DNA of 64,000 bases, taken from the NCBI GenBank assembly GCA_964016885.1, contig OZ024740.1, forward strand, positions 288,114,001 to 288,178,000. Reading direction: 5' to 3'. Shown here piece after piece: positions 11,412-25,135 of this stretch. Source of the stretch: Eledone cirrhosa (taxonomy: Eukaryota). The notes beneath the pieces were generated by a model, which was not told the DNA's origin, ran no database searches, and saw nothing but the letters and a program-made list of their open reading frames with translations. A program made the position numbers and the translations under genes. Numbering within the stretch: position 1 is the first letter of the stretch; each line of letters begins with the position of its first letter.

Positions 11412-14400
11412 TTCCTTGAATCTCAGTCATTGATGTTGGTTAACTGGAAAGTCCGTTGGATTGAATATCAAGCCACTACCTGCAGCCTCAGATATTCAGG
11501 ACGTATCGGAGGGTTCTTGCCGTTCCAAGCAAGCATGCCTTTTGAAGCGTTCCAAAAAGCGTGAAGGGGCCGATTTTCTTTAACCATCCCTGGAAACCTT
11601 TGGAGATAGTCCCCAGTGCGCCTATGACAATCGGGATCACTTTGACTTCATGGCAGTTCCAAATCCTTTTCACCTCCCACTTTAGGTCCTGGTATCGGTT
11701 AATTTTCTCCCTCTCCTTCTCTTGCACTCTCGTGTCGAACGGGCAGGCCACATCCACAATCAGGCACGATCTTTTTTCTTTGTCCACAACCACCAGGTCA
11801 GGTCTATTGTGTTCCAGTTTTTTGTCCGTCTGTATCCTAAAATCCCACAGCACCTTCACCTGACTGTTCTCCATCACCGCCTCTGGCCTATGCTCATACC
11901 ATTTCTCAGAATGTGGTAGATTGTTTACTTTGCACAGGTGCCAGTGGATCACCCTGCCCATCACATCGTGTCTCCAGCCCTTATAGTGGGTCTGGGCTAG
12001 GTGTTTACACTCGGACACAATGTGAGCCACAGTCTCCTCTCTCTCTCCACAGATCCTGCACAGTGGGCTAGCCTCCTCCTTGTAGATATGGTCCTTCAAC
12101 CACTTCGTTTTGAGGGCCTGCTCCTGCGCAGCCATTAGCATTCCTTCTGTAGCCTTTTTGAGGTCTCCTCTTCTCAACCAGTTCCATGTCTGTGGATCTC
12201 TAAATTCAGTTTTCTCAAAGAAGGTACTATGAAGGGATTTTCCCTTAAGGCTGCTCTTCCTCCTTGATGTTATTTCCTCCTTGGATATCCCCTGGCCTAC
12301 TGTCCCCTCCTTCAGTACAGCTCTGAGCATTGGCTCCTTACTATAGGTCACGTATTTGTATAGGTTGTTTTTCTCCATCTGAACACAGTCCTCTATGCTG
12401 ATAAGACCTCTTCCACCCTCAGATCTCCTTAGGTAGAGTCTATCGACATCACTCCTCTTGTGGAACATGTTGTAGATAGTCAATAGCTTCCTAGTCTTCC
12501 TATCCATTTCTTTTTGTTCAGCAACATTCCATCTCAGAATTCCCGCACTGTACCTAATAATAGACACAGCTCGGGAATTTACTGCGCTTATGGCATTTCT
12601 GCTGTTCAGATGTGACTTCAATACGCTCCTTACTCTCCGAATGTATTCAGTTCTTAACAATTCCTTCATTTTTTTGTTCTTTATGCCATCAGCCTCCAGA
12701 ACGCCCAAATACTTGTATCCTTCCTCAGAGTCAATTTCCTTTATCATCTCACCTGTTGGTATCTGGATCCCGTTACTTCTGCTCAACCTACCCCTCCTCA
12801 TCACAATGACTCCACATTTACCAATACCAAACTGCATACATATATCACTGCTGAAAATACGGACAGTGTCAACAAGCACATCCAACTCCTTCTCACTTTT
12901 CCCGAAGAGCTTAAGATCGTCCATGAAGAGGAGGTGATTGATGGTAAGCTCTCCCCTTCCCAACTTGTATCCTGCTCTCACTTTTCGCAGCATAATGGTC
13001 AAGGGCATCAGGGCAAGGACAAACAACAGAGGGGACAGGCTATCTCCCTGGAAGATACCTCTCTTGATCTTCACGCTTCCCAAGGATACTCCAGTTGATG
13101 TCAACTCTGTCTCCCAGGACCCCATACTCCTGCCCAGCAACTGTCTGATGTTATCTGCCACCCTGAAGATCTCCAGGCTTTTGGTGATCCAGGAATGAGG
13201 CACCATGTCAAATGCCTTTCTGTAGTCTATCCATCCCATGGCAAGATCAGTGTGTCTCCTCCTGCAATTCCCCATTACCATCTTATCAATAAGCAACTGG
13301 TCCTTTGTACCACGTGACTTCTTTCGGCATCCTTTCTGTTCGTCCGGCAACAAGTTGTTTGTGTGGAGGTGATGGTAGATTTCCTCAGACACAATGCTCG
13401 TCAACAGTTTCCACATTACGGGCAGACATGTGATAGGTCTATAGTTGGTAACATCATTACCCTTGATTCGGTCTTTCATTATCAGAACTGTGGTACCTTT
13501 TGTCAACCACTCTGGCACCTCACCCGACACCAAGCAGTCATTGAACATGGCCGTCAGCTTCGGGTGGAGGGATGTTAAATGTTTAATCCAATACCCCTGC
13601 ACACCATCTGGGCCTGGTGATTTCCAGTTGGTTAGTTTTTTGGCTTGCCCCTTAAGAGTTTCAACTGTGATACTCAAATCAGTCTGTTGCTGTGCCTGCT
13701 CACCGATCTCCCTCTGTACTGTCTCAATCCACCCTGCCTGGGCATTGTGTCTAACATCCTGCTCCCATATTCCTCTCCAGAATGTTTTAGCTTGTTCCGC
13801 CCCAGGGATCAAGTCGTTGCCTCTTTCTTTCCCCTCAAGCTGTCCAAACAGCATCTTCTGGTTGTTGTCGAACATGCGGTTCTGTTTATACTGACTGACT
13901 CTGTTCTCGTATCGCCTGATTTTGGCACTCTTTGCTACAATGCGTTGCTTCAATTCCTCTATGATAATATTTAGCTTTTTACTCCTAGTTTTGTATTTTA
14001 TTTCCAGTCTATTTTTAGTGCCTATGTTTTTTAGTGTCCCATTCAGTAGTGACTCAAGCTTTCCTATGTCATTTCTCATTTCCCCGATTTGCCCACTCAG
14101 TCGCTTCTTCCACCACGGCTCTGCTCTTTCTTGTCTGTTGTTTCCTCTCGCTTTTATACCAAGTAGTTTCCTCACCGTATTTGCTGTTGCTTTGAGGATA
14201 TTGTTGCACTGGTGAAGACTCCTCGCCTCAAGGTATGGGATGACTTTGTTTACCTTAGCTGTTGTTTCTTTTAACTTTTTCCTGTCTACAAATCTTAGGT
14301 TCATAGGTCTCCCACTATCATTGTTCAACTCATCTACCACTAAATTTAGGATGTCAACCGAATCTTGTCCTAGCCCGTCAGCATTCATCTCCTCAGTGGC

Positions 14401-15060
14401 CGTATCTCTGTTCCAGGTATTATTTATCTCAGTATTCAGATCATTGTCTGCTTCGGGTGGTTCCTCCGTTCTCAGGACCTCCTCACCTTCATTTCCCGCC
14501 GGCTCGCTTGTCTGGCATACTACACCCGCCATCTCCAAGCCATTCTCTCTGCTCAGTTCCTCCAGTTCCAGCTCGCTTATCCACCCATTAGTTCTTATTA
14601 CCCGAGCCTGCCCGGCCAATTTTTGTTCATCTAATTTAAATAAACCAATCTCGTTCCAGATGTTATGCATCCGTCTCCTGTAGCCCCTCTCCTTGGGGTT
14701 ACTTTTCAGGTAGCATTGCATAACAGTTCTATTCAATTCTTTCGTCCAGTTGGTTCTGGCCCCTTTCCTTCTTCTTCTTCCTCCAACATCAGCAGTATTT
14801 GGTTGACAGTCAGGTTCCTGCTGCTGAGCCAGCGGGCACCTGTTGGGTGAGAGTCTGTCACATGACGTTCTAGTCTCCATTTCACCGTTATTCGAACTGT
14901 TTATGTTCGATATTTAAACACTCTTATCGAGGATTGGCGAATGTATGTTTACATAGCCATCTGTGGATCCGCCATCCCACTTGGCCCTTGTGTGGCATTA
15001 TCACCACGCTGTATACGGACACACATAAACAAACAAACACACGGGCAGAAAGGGCCCCAA
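11412..15060 (-). mobile_element. Apparently full-length R4/Dong-clade non-LTR retrotransposon
   Basis: Single long ORF, short 3' UTR running into a degenerate (TAA/CAA)n tract at 11354-11412. The 5' boundary is approximate. Confidence 0.9.
11488..14880 (-). CDS. R4/Dong-clade retrotransposon protein: N-terminal Myb-like region, reverse transcriptase, CCHC zinc knuckle, restriction-like endonuclease
   Basis: 1130 aa uninterrupted. Motifs WTKELN, KSPGPDG, YRPITCL, DYRKAFDMV, GIFQGDSLSPLLF, FMDD, YKYLG, CRIC..ETVAHIVSEC, RHD, NRPD..IVDVACP, EKINRYQDL. Confidence 0.95.
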   Translation of the reverse strand: METRTSCDRLSPNRCPLAQQQEPDCQPNTADVGGRRRRKGARTNWTKELNRTVMQCYLKSNPKERGYRRRMHNIWNEIGLFKLDEQKLAGQARVIRTNGWISELELEELSRENGLEMAGVVCQTSEPAGNEGEEVLRTEEPPEADNDLNTEINNTWNRDTATEEMNADGLGQDSVDILNLVVDELNNDSGRPMNLRFVDRKKLKETTAKVNKVIPYLEARSLHQCNNILKATANTVRKLLGIKARGNNRQERAEPWWKKRLSGQIGEMRNDIGKLESLLNGTLKNIGTKNRLEIKYKTRSKKLNIIIEELKQRIVAKSAKIRRYENRVSQYKQNRMFDNNQKMLFGQLEGKERGNDLIPGAEQAKTFWRGIWEQDVRHNAQAGWIETVQREIGEQAQQQTDLSITVETLKGQAKKLTNWKSPGPDGVQGYWIKHLTSLHPKLTAMFNDCLVSGEVPEWLTKGTTVLIMKDRIKGNDVTNYRPITCLPVMWKLLTSIVSEEIYHHLHTNNLLPDEQKGCRKKSRGTKDQLLIDKMVMGNCRRRHTDLAMGWIDYRKAFDMVPHSWITKSLEIFRVADNIRQLLGRSMGSWETELTSTGVSLGSVKIKRGIFQGDSLSPLLFVLALMPLTIMLRKVRAGYKLGRGELTINHLLFMDDLKLFGKSEKELDVLVDTVRIFSSDICMQFGIGKCGVIVMRRGRLSRSNGIQIPTGEMIKEIDSEEGYKYLGVLEADGIKNKKMKELLRTEYIRRVRSVLKSHLNSRNAISAVNSRAVSIIRYSAGILRWNVAEQKEMDRKTRKLLTIYNMFHKRSDVDRLYLRRSEGGRGLISIEDCVQMEKNNLYKYVTYSKEPMLRAVLKEGTVGQGISKEEITSRRKSSLKGKSLHSTFFEKTEFRDPQTWNWLRRGDLKKATEGMLMAAQEQALKTKWLKDHIYKEEASPLCRICGEREETVAHIVSECKHLAQTHYKGWRHDVMGRVIHWHLCKVNNLPHSEKWYEHRPEAVMENSQVKVLWDFRIQTDKKLEHNRPDLVVVDKEKRSCLIVDVACPFDTRVQEKEREKINRYQDLKWEVKRIWNCHEVKVIPIVIGALGTISKGFQGWLKKIGPFTLFGTLQKACLLGTARTLRYVLNI

Positions 15061-15453
15061 AAATGAATAAGCATAAGTTTCATTGTAATGTAGTATTCGA
15101 ATGTCTGACTTAGTTTTTGTTTTTTAAGTTTTACTTTTTCCCCCCTCTTCTCTGTCCGTCCGCCTGCTTCTCTCTTCATTCTTATTTTCTTTACGTTTTT
15201 GGGGTTTCTTTTTTTGTTTTTGTTTTTCTCTGTTTGTTTTTCTCGTTTTTTGCTGTTGTTGCTGTGCTGCTTTTGTTGTTTGTTTTTTCTTTTTTCTTTT
15301 GAGTCTATCTATATATTTTGATGCCTTCCTCTTTGTTAGTAGTAGGAATTCTATAATGTGGAAGTGGCAGCCAGCAGAGACTGGCGGCGTTGGCGATACT
15401 GAGACAGTGGTGGTGGTGATGTCGATACCGAGGCAGTGGTGGCGGTGATGCGA

Positions 15454-16037
15454 CCGTATTACTGTAGTGATGGTGCTGTAGCGGTGGCAGCAGCAGTGAA
15501 GGAGTCAAGGGGTGGTGGCGGCGGTGATGGGATAGTGGTGGTAATGATGGCCGTAGTGAGCGGTGGCGGTGAAGGTGAAAATGCTGTTGTGTTTAGTGTA
15601 CACAGATGATGGGGTGGGTGGTGTATCTAGTTTCTGGTGTTGGTGAGTTTCGCTGTCCTATATAGTGTAGCCAGAGGAGAGGAGGGGGGGGGGTTCTTCT
15701 TCTTCCATTTATAGCCATTTTATTTTTTTTGGATATACAGTGTACAATACAAAGTTGAATATTTGAATATTTGAGCCGTATTACTGTAGTGATGGTGCTG
15801 TAGCGGTGGCAGCAGCAGTGAAGGAGTCAAGGGGTGGTGGCGGCGGTGATGGGATAGTGGTGGTAATGATGGCCGTAGTGAGCGGTGGCGGTGAAGGTGA
15901 AAATGCTGTTGTGTTTAGTGTACACAGATGATGGGGTGGGTGGTGTATCTAGTTTCTGGTGTTGGTGAGTTTAGCTGTCCTATATAGTGTAGCCAGAGGA
16001 GAGGAGGGGGGGGGGGGGTTCTTCTTCTTCCATTTAT
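15454..16037. repeat. Tandem duplication of ~255-bp GGT-rich unit
   Basis: CCGTATTACTGTAG...CTTCCATTTATA occurs at ~15454-15711 and ~15776-16037 almost identically, with a ~65-bp spacer. Confidence 0.85.
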
Positions 16038-16043
16038 AATTGC

Positions 16044-16095
<52 letters not shown>

Positions 16096-16183
16096 GTTAT
16101 TAATGTATGTGTGTATATATGTGTGAGTGTATGTGTATGTATGTGTGTGTGTATATATGTATGTATGTATATGTATGTATGTG

Positions 16184-16242
<59 letters not shown>

Positions 16243-16261
16243 CCCTTTTTTTTTTTTTTAA

Positions 16262-16323
<62 letters not shown>

Positions 16324-16339
16324 TTTTTTTTTTTTTTCT

Positions 16340-16381
16340 TGTGCAATGGCCATACTCGATAACGAGGGGGCAGCCATCATG
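16340..16381 (+). mobile_element. Very short 3'-terminal copy of the RTE-derived family
   Basis: TGGCCATACTCGATAACGAGGGGGCAGCCATCATG + (TATG)n matches the 3' stem-loop end of copies A-E. Confidence 0.6.
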
Positions 16382-16437
16382 TATGTATGTATGTATGTAC
16401 GTATGTACGTATGTATGTATATATGTATATATGTATG

Positions 16438-17606
<1,169 letters not shown>

Positions 17607-17770
17607 GTATGTATGTATGAATAGAATGTGTCGTGCTGACATAAGAACAAAAGACATTGCAAGAGTATAACACGAAGACGTAAAAGAAATGAAGTATTAA
17701 ATGCTAAACGATGGTAACAATTCAATGTTATTCCATAAAAAATTCATTGTAAAGGAACGATGAATATATA

Positions 17771-17947
17771 CAGGTAACATTTCGTTATGACGAATACCAT
17801 TATAACGAATTTTTCAGTATAACGAGAAATTTTTTTCAATCTCTGGCTACACGTTCGATGTGTTAGGTCGATCTAGTTATAAAGAACTTTTCATTACAAG
17901 GAATTTTTTTTATATCCCGTGAATTTCATTATAACATAATTTCACTG
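17771..17947. mobile_element. Tc1/mariner (pogo/Tigger-like) MITE
   Basis: TA|CAGGTAACATTTCGTTATGACG ... CATTATAACATAATTTCACTG|TA. TA TSD and internal TTATAACG repeats. Confidence 0.6.
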
Positions 17948-18023
17948 TAGTAAATATACCCACATAACTTCTTTAACTAAATCAGTCGTATTTGTATATA
18001 AAACATCTTTTCATACTAGCACA

Positions 18024-18300
<277 letters not shown>

Positions 18301-18559
18301 GGAGATAATACGATTGGCTAAAAGTCTTCGATTTTCAAGCTAAAAACCAAAGTGGTGATTAGACAAGACTGAACATACAAGCAACGGGATTAAGTCAGCT
18401 GATGACAAGTTTAACTAATGTAATGAAATAAAGCTTAACTAAACTAACACAGTGCAAATAAGTCGCAGCAGCAATAGCAGCAGCAGAGCAGCAGCAGCAA
18501 AAAAAAAAAAAGATGGCGTCGACGATTAGAAAATAATTATTTGTAATATAGGCAAAAAG

Positions 18560-19320
18560 CCACAAATATTGTCGAGATGTAATACATAACTGTACTTGTT
18601 TGATCGAATACCCATCTTCCATATGGCACACTGGATGGCAGCATCTCCCTCCCTACTCTTATGTTTCGACTCGAGTGCTACTTGAAAAAGTTGATGAGGA
18701 TTTGGGTGGAGAAGAACGTATCCACCATACAGCTTCTTTCGTCATAGCTACCAGGCAGAGAAAGACTTACCGTGTTTCCTTTCTAAAGGAAGGTGTTGGT
18801 TCAATTTTTACTATATCTCTGGTTGATAGCCAGATCTCTCCTATACAGGTTAGCAATTGTTCAACACAAGTCCACAACTCTGCAATGTACAGATTCTGAA
18901 CGATAGCATGCAGGACGGTTTAGTTGCACTGTGCGCATCTCGGCCAGGTTAGGCTGCTGGCATTTCCATGCCTGTTGAGGTTATCTCGAACTGGTAGTGC
19001 CTGTATGTATCACTGCCATGCCAAAGAATTTTGGAAATTGTCTATAATCCCCGACTTGGAAGTCTTCCAAAAGAGGCTGCTCAGATTGTCCTCGTCGACA
19101 CCAAGAGTCGTTCTCAAGCTATCGTCACTCGTACTTTACACTAACCCTCTACAGAAAACAAGCGTTGTTTTCTGGCCGCTTACCGTGTTATCTAACTGAT
19201 AAAGTGTCGAAAACGCCTGGCTGCACTCTAGATACCAGTTGCCCAACATTAGCCTGAACTCGGTCAAGGAGTCAGGAGACGGAAAGACGTGTCTCATGGA
19301 AAACGTCCATGGTGGATGGG
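18560..19320 (-). mobile_element. Degenerate 3' fragment of Tx1/L1-clade LINE
   Basis: Minus-strand WYLECSQAF, GCACTACCAGTTCGAGATAA (ALPVRD) and TATGGTGGATACG align with the C-terminus of the Tx1 copies at 55 and 60-61 kb. Confidence 0.7.
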
Positions 19321-19394
19321 CTTTAATTTCTTTTTCATCACCGTCGCAGTATTTGAGGAAATTCTTTAATAATGATTTTTCTAATTTTGTTACA

Positions 19395-19495
19395 AGGCCT
19401 GCAATTTTGTGGGAGGGAAAGCAGATTATATCAACTCCAGTTCGTGACTGGTACTTTACTTTATTGACCACAAAAGGATGAAAGGTAACGCAAAT
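19395..19495 (-). mobile_element. SINE 3' fragment
   Basis: ACTGGTACTTTACTTTATTGACC..AAGGATGAAAGG is the reverse complement of the SINE central domain. Confidence 0.6.
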
Positions 19496-19785
19496 CACAG
19501 GGTTTTTTTTGAGTATGGAAATAATATTACGCAAACCTAAATTTTAGCCTTAAATATGCAATATTTTTATTCCTTGATTCTAACATTCTATGTAAGTTTG
19601 CTTGAGTTTTCTTAACTATTGTTATCTTGGATCTTTGGTCCGGCTTTTTCGTTTGTAAACCTTTCCCCTAACCTTCATGTCTCGTGTTAATCGAGAACTC
19701 AAAAACCTCTAAAAACCCAAACGGAGAGTGCCATGAAAAAAAGTGCCCCAAACTGGGAGAAATGAGTCCAAATGGGGAGATTTTA

Positions 19786-19975
19786 AATAATTGTTTCTAC
19801 TTTAGGCACAAGGCCAGCAATTACCCAGTGCATTACTGGTACTTTATTTTATCGACCCCGTAAGGATGAAAGGCGAAGTCAACCTCGGCGGAATTTGAAC
19901 TCAGATCGTAAAGGGACGTAACTATGCTGGAAAGCATGGCGTCCGACCCTCCACCGATACTGCCAATCCACCGTT
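19786..19975 (-). mobile_element. Full-length tRNA-derived SINE with 17-bp TSD, nested in a MITE
   Basis: A box TGGCAGTATCGG, B box GTTCAAATTC, central GCCTTTCATCCTTACGGGGTCGATAAAATAAAGTACCAG (Meta-SINE-like domain). TSD CAAATGGGGAGATTTTA at 19769-19785 and 19976-19992. Confidence 0.9.
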
Positions 19976-20164
19976 CAAATGGGGAGATTTTACATAATGA
20001 AAGCTATACCCATTTTCTCAAGAGAAAACATCTCTCACCCACCTCAAAGTGGGTGGGAGGTCTCCCCGTCGGGGGGGGGGGGGAGAGTTGACAGGTCTGT
20101 AATCACCACCTTATTTCATAAAAAATTTTCATGTGCGATATTTGTTATAGGAAACAACCACTCA

Positions 20165-21210
20165 ATTAATATATATATAAGTAAATATCTTTAAGTCGTT
20201 TGGAAGCCTCGACAATGCAAATGGGTAAATCTCCGGGTAACAAGGTCCGGTGGTGGAGAGAGAGATGTAAGTGGGTGTACGTTGAGATGCGTGGTGTGTA
20301 TAAGATGTGTGAGATGTGTAGAATGAAGGGAAGAGTATAAAGGATAAAAATAAAAATAACAACACAAGAGAGAGTTACCTTGGGAGAGATTTAATAGTCC
20401 CTATATATTTCGGATTCACATCCATCAACTGGGGTTTTTTTCCAGGGTGGGGGAAAAGGTTGTCTGTCGGACAAGTCCAGAACGCGTCTTTCGCTTTTTG
20501 TTGTTTTGAATATCTGAGGTATTCGGCAGAGCGCACGTGCGCGTGAAATGAGGGTCGGTCGTACAGAGGTCAGCGGCCGAATGAGGGAGTGGGATGGCGC
20601 TAGCTGTCAGTCCATTCTCTGCCTGTTTGTTAAATGTTACTGTGTGTGTGCGTGCGTGTGTTGTTGTCTCGCTTGAGTGTGTGTGTTGTGTGTGTGTGTT
20701 GTTGCCTTGTTCATCTGTATTGGAAGTGTAGTATGTTCGTATGGTGGAATGCTACTGTGTGTGTGTGCGTGTGTGTGTGTAATTGTCTCGTTTGCGTGTG
20801 TGTGTGTGTGCGTGTGTTGTGTGTTGTTGCATCGCTTGTTAACTTAAACCAGCCATTTCATTTCGCTTCTCTCTGATCAGTTGTTTATTTGCGGTTGCAG
20901 TCGTTTGATAAAAAGCGCTTCCTTGATACGTAACGTGCCGACGTTTCTTTTAGTCGCTAGAATTGTGACAATGGGCCTTCCGTCTTTGTTTCCGCATTTG
21001 TCTATGTGTTTCCGGAAAGACGAGGCCCTGGTTTTAGTGTGTTCCTTGATCCGGATGTGCAAAGGTCGAATTGTGCTACCTATGTAGTATTGGTTGCACC
21101 TGTCACATTCTATCTTATACACGACGTATGTGCGTAGGCAACAGTTAGCATGGCGTATCGGGCAGTCTCTGAGGGAGCATGCGTCAGTAGAGTTTTTTCG
21201 GGTTTCCTGG
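20165..21210 (-). mobile_element. 3' part of Penelope-like element
   Basis: GIY-YIG endonuclease remnant followed by a non-coding pLTR with a degenerate hammerhead at 20399-20434 and ATTAAA. Confidence 0.8.
20877..21205 (-). pseudogene. Penelope GIY-YIG endonuclease domain (truncated)
   Basis: VVYKIECDRCNQYYIGSTIRPLHIRIKEH...LRIKEALFIKRLQPQINN: VVY/YIG, R..EH, E and N motifs of PLE endonucleases. Confidence 0.85.
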
Positions 21211-21992
21211 AGAATATATATATGATAATTACCTATTGTTAATATGATAATTAAAATTACAAAAGAATAGATTCCTTTGCAAACAAGGGAAAAATAGCCT
21301 ACAAGGAAAATTATTTGAGACGAGAATAAAATTTCTATGATTTGATTCAATCAAAGACTGATAAATCGGTAGCATAGATAGATTCGAAGATTTTCTTATA
21401 GATACTGATGTTGTCCCACAACTATAGTAATAGGGTAACAGAACTCAGAAAGAAAAGAATGCAACAATGAAGTTAGAAAGATCGTAGTGAATGAGCGATG
21501 TAGAGAATAGATCGTGTGCTTTAAGAGAGAGGGGGGGGGGGGGGGCGAGCATAAGACAGATAGTATGGAACGCGGCGTTTGAAATGGATCATAAAAACAA
21601 CAATTTTATGAGCACAGTAGTTTCCGAATTATTAGTTTTGTCTGACAGAGATTAATATTAGCTTTGTCTTTCAGGTCGTGGTTTGGTTTTTTCTCTTCCT
21701 CTTCCGCTCAGTATGGCACCGCAACCTTCAACTGACATTCCTAAAGTGTGACAGAAAATAACGAGCTAAAAAAGTAAAATGCGACATGGCCTTTTATATC
21801 GAGATATTTATTGCATGTGTGTGTGCAAATAATTATAGAGACAATAAGTGTTTCACGTGTTCACCTCTCATTTTTTCACTTTCTTTCTTCGTTCATTCTG
21901 TATTTTGATACTTCGTTATATGAGTGTGAACTGATCGTTAATTAGGTTTGATCTTGTGTGACGCCCTGTTTATATGACTAAAAACTCCACAG

Positions 21993-22062
21993 GATTTATG
22001 TGTTGATGTTTACGCTGTTCAGTCTGAGAAGTGGTACAATATTGAGGAGAGTCCATTTCGAG
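21993..22062 (+). other. Candidate host exon (weak)
   Basis: GACTAA...CCACAG| acceptor, open frame DLCVDVYAVQSEKWYNIEESPFR, |GTGAGA donor. Lies in sequence not recognisably repetitive. Confidence 0.25.
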
Positions 22063-22507
22063 GTGAGATTTCAGTGAAACTTGCCTGCTACGTCTATGCA
22101 GATTGAGTGACTATGTATTTTTCAAAATCATACGCTCTTCTACTGCAGATGTTTCCCATAAGCATAATTATCCCCAGTATAACAAGATAACGAAACTTTC
22201 GTTATTTCCACAACGTTGCAACCACTTACATTTTACAATTTATTTTATGCATTAGTGAGGATAAACAATAGAGTAAATGATTTGACCATTTGCTGATTAG
22301 AAGTATTCATCAACGTGGGATCAGTTCTATTGATACTTTTTGAGAGAACAGTAGATAATAACGGCAATAGTACTATCATGTTCTCTTAAGTTACTTTAAC
22401 TCATCCACCCTGGAAGCATAGAAGACAAAGTCAACACCACCGGAATTTGAACTCATAGAAACACCACAAAGTATTTTTGTTTAAATCTCTAACGATATAT
22501 ATATCTA

Positions 22508-22700
22508 TAACGAAGGAAATGTGGTAAGGAACCAGATGGACCATAACGCACCAAAGTACTCAATACTTAGGGTAGTAGAGTGGGTAATAGGAACGAGTAG
22601 GACCCCGACGGCTGAGCTCAAGCCGTTTCGACGGCTAATTCTGGACTACAGAATTAGCCGTCGAAACGGCTTGAGCTCAGCCGTCGGGGTCCTACTCGTT

Positions 22701-22705
<5 letters not shown>
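22508..22705 (-). mobile_element. Fold-back insertion family P1, copy 1
   Basis: ~80-bp tail plus 57-bp perfect inverted arms 22587-22643/22649-22705 containing GAAA-cggc ttgagctca gccg-UC. In (TA)n. Confidence 0.75.
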
Positions 22706-22745
<40 letters not shown>

Positions 22746-23091
22746 AAGTGAAATGACAGGAGGCCAAATATGTTGAATTTCCTTAATTTTTTTATTACTG
22801 TAAGCACTATGCACATTTCATTGGCCAGCTTGCGTAAGAACCCGGTGACCTCGTCAGGTGTAAATTGCGTAATAGATGTATACCAACGGAATGATGGTAA
22901 GCTTTAAGGAAACAAGCAAACAAAAAAAAAAGAGGAAAAAAATGTGTGCTATGTTTTTGACCCAGAGACGGACGATGTAGCATGCTGCTACATTGCTTGT
23001 TCGCCTCTATTGTCATGGTTAACATTGCAGCATGACCAATTCTACCCACTGGTAAACCACCAAATTTAAACGTATCTATCTATCTATCTAA

Positions 23092-23134
<43 letters not shown>

Positions 23135-23161
23135 GATATCTATATATATATATACATACAT

Positions 23162-23570
23162 ATGGTGGCTGCCAACTCGTTTTCGAGTACGGCCACTACT
23201 TTATATCCATGTAGGAGAACCCCTACCGATGCGCTGAACGAGTGTGACTTTTTAGTCCAGCCAGCAACTTGAAAACTCTGGTACAAACACTACACTTGTG
23301 ACAATTATTGACACATAGTGCTGGGCCCATGGTACCATGTGACAACAAGTCCAGAGAGATCTCCAGATATAAAGCAATGCCTGTGTCGTGAAGCTTTTAT
23401 AGTGAGCAAAGGCACTCCACAAAGCCAGTCCCACTCTCTTAACCAAGATGATATTTACCAAAAAGAAGAACAAGTCTACATCATTGGATACCATCAGGGT
23501 TGCAGGTGTTATATCAGAGTTTTCCTTCTCCTAGAATTCTGCCTTGACAAAGGTTAAGGGGTCATCTCTC
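23162..23570 (-). mobile_element. Non-autonomous RTE-derived element, copy E (5'-truncated)
   Basis: Matches the 3' ~410 bp of copies A-D. Microsatellite flanks. Confidence 0.8.
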
Positions 23571-24502
23571 ATATACATACACATATATATATATATATAT
23601 ATATATTTATTTATTTAATTATTTATTAAAATAACAGATTAAAGTTTAAGCAAAGAATCGCTGCTGAAAGGAAGCCGACTGTCAATGTAATATGGCGGTA
23701 TTTATATAGTTTCTGGTGGTAGGAGAGGGTCGTGATTAGGATGGGTGGGGGTAAGGTAATTGTAGAAGCCATTTCTATATTAAATATTTATATGAATAAA
23801 ATGGCGAGCTGTGTGGTTGCAATTAAGTATAATGAAAAATAAAAGTTATGGGCGAAAGAGAGGAGTATCCTCGTCAGTTGTCTACTAGGAATCATTGGTA
23901 TTTCTTCGCGTTAGAGACAACATACCTCAGCCTAGAGCGAACAATAATTAAAATAAGTTATTGGGATAAAAGAGGGGGGGGGGGCATATAAACAGACACG
24001 AAGGGTGAAGCAACGTAAAGAGAAGAAAAATAGGAAAAATATCAAGTCAACAACTCATTTCGAACGTAAGAACTGGCGAATTTTGACGAGAGAGAAAAAA
24101 GACGTCTTAGCTGTAGCAGTGTTAGCGAGAGAAGAGGCTGCGTACAGTGGCGGACGAGAGAGGAAATGAGCTAGCGGAGAGAGGGTGACTAGCAGAGAGG
24201 GAGTGAGTGAAAGTAAGAGGAAGCGAGAAAGAGATAGTTATGGTGGGAGGCTAGCCGAGAGAAGGTGGCTAGCAGAGGGGGTGATCGAAAGTTGAGTACC
24301 TTACTTACTGTGGTTACCCCCGATTGAACCCGGGATAAACATATATCTATATATATGAGCGTGTGTGGAGTGGAGGGGTTGTGTGTGTGTGTGTCTGTGT
24401 GTGGTGGGTTGGGTGGTTAGGTGCTGAGCCTGTATGTGTGTGTTTCAAGAAGAAGAAGAAAAAAAGAAACAAAACGTTACCGACTGAAAAACCATGGCTT
24501 GC

Positions 24503-25135
<633 letters not shown>

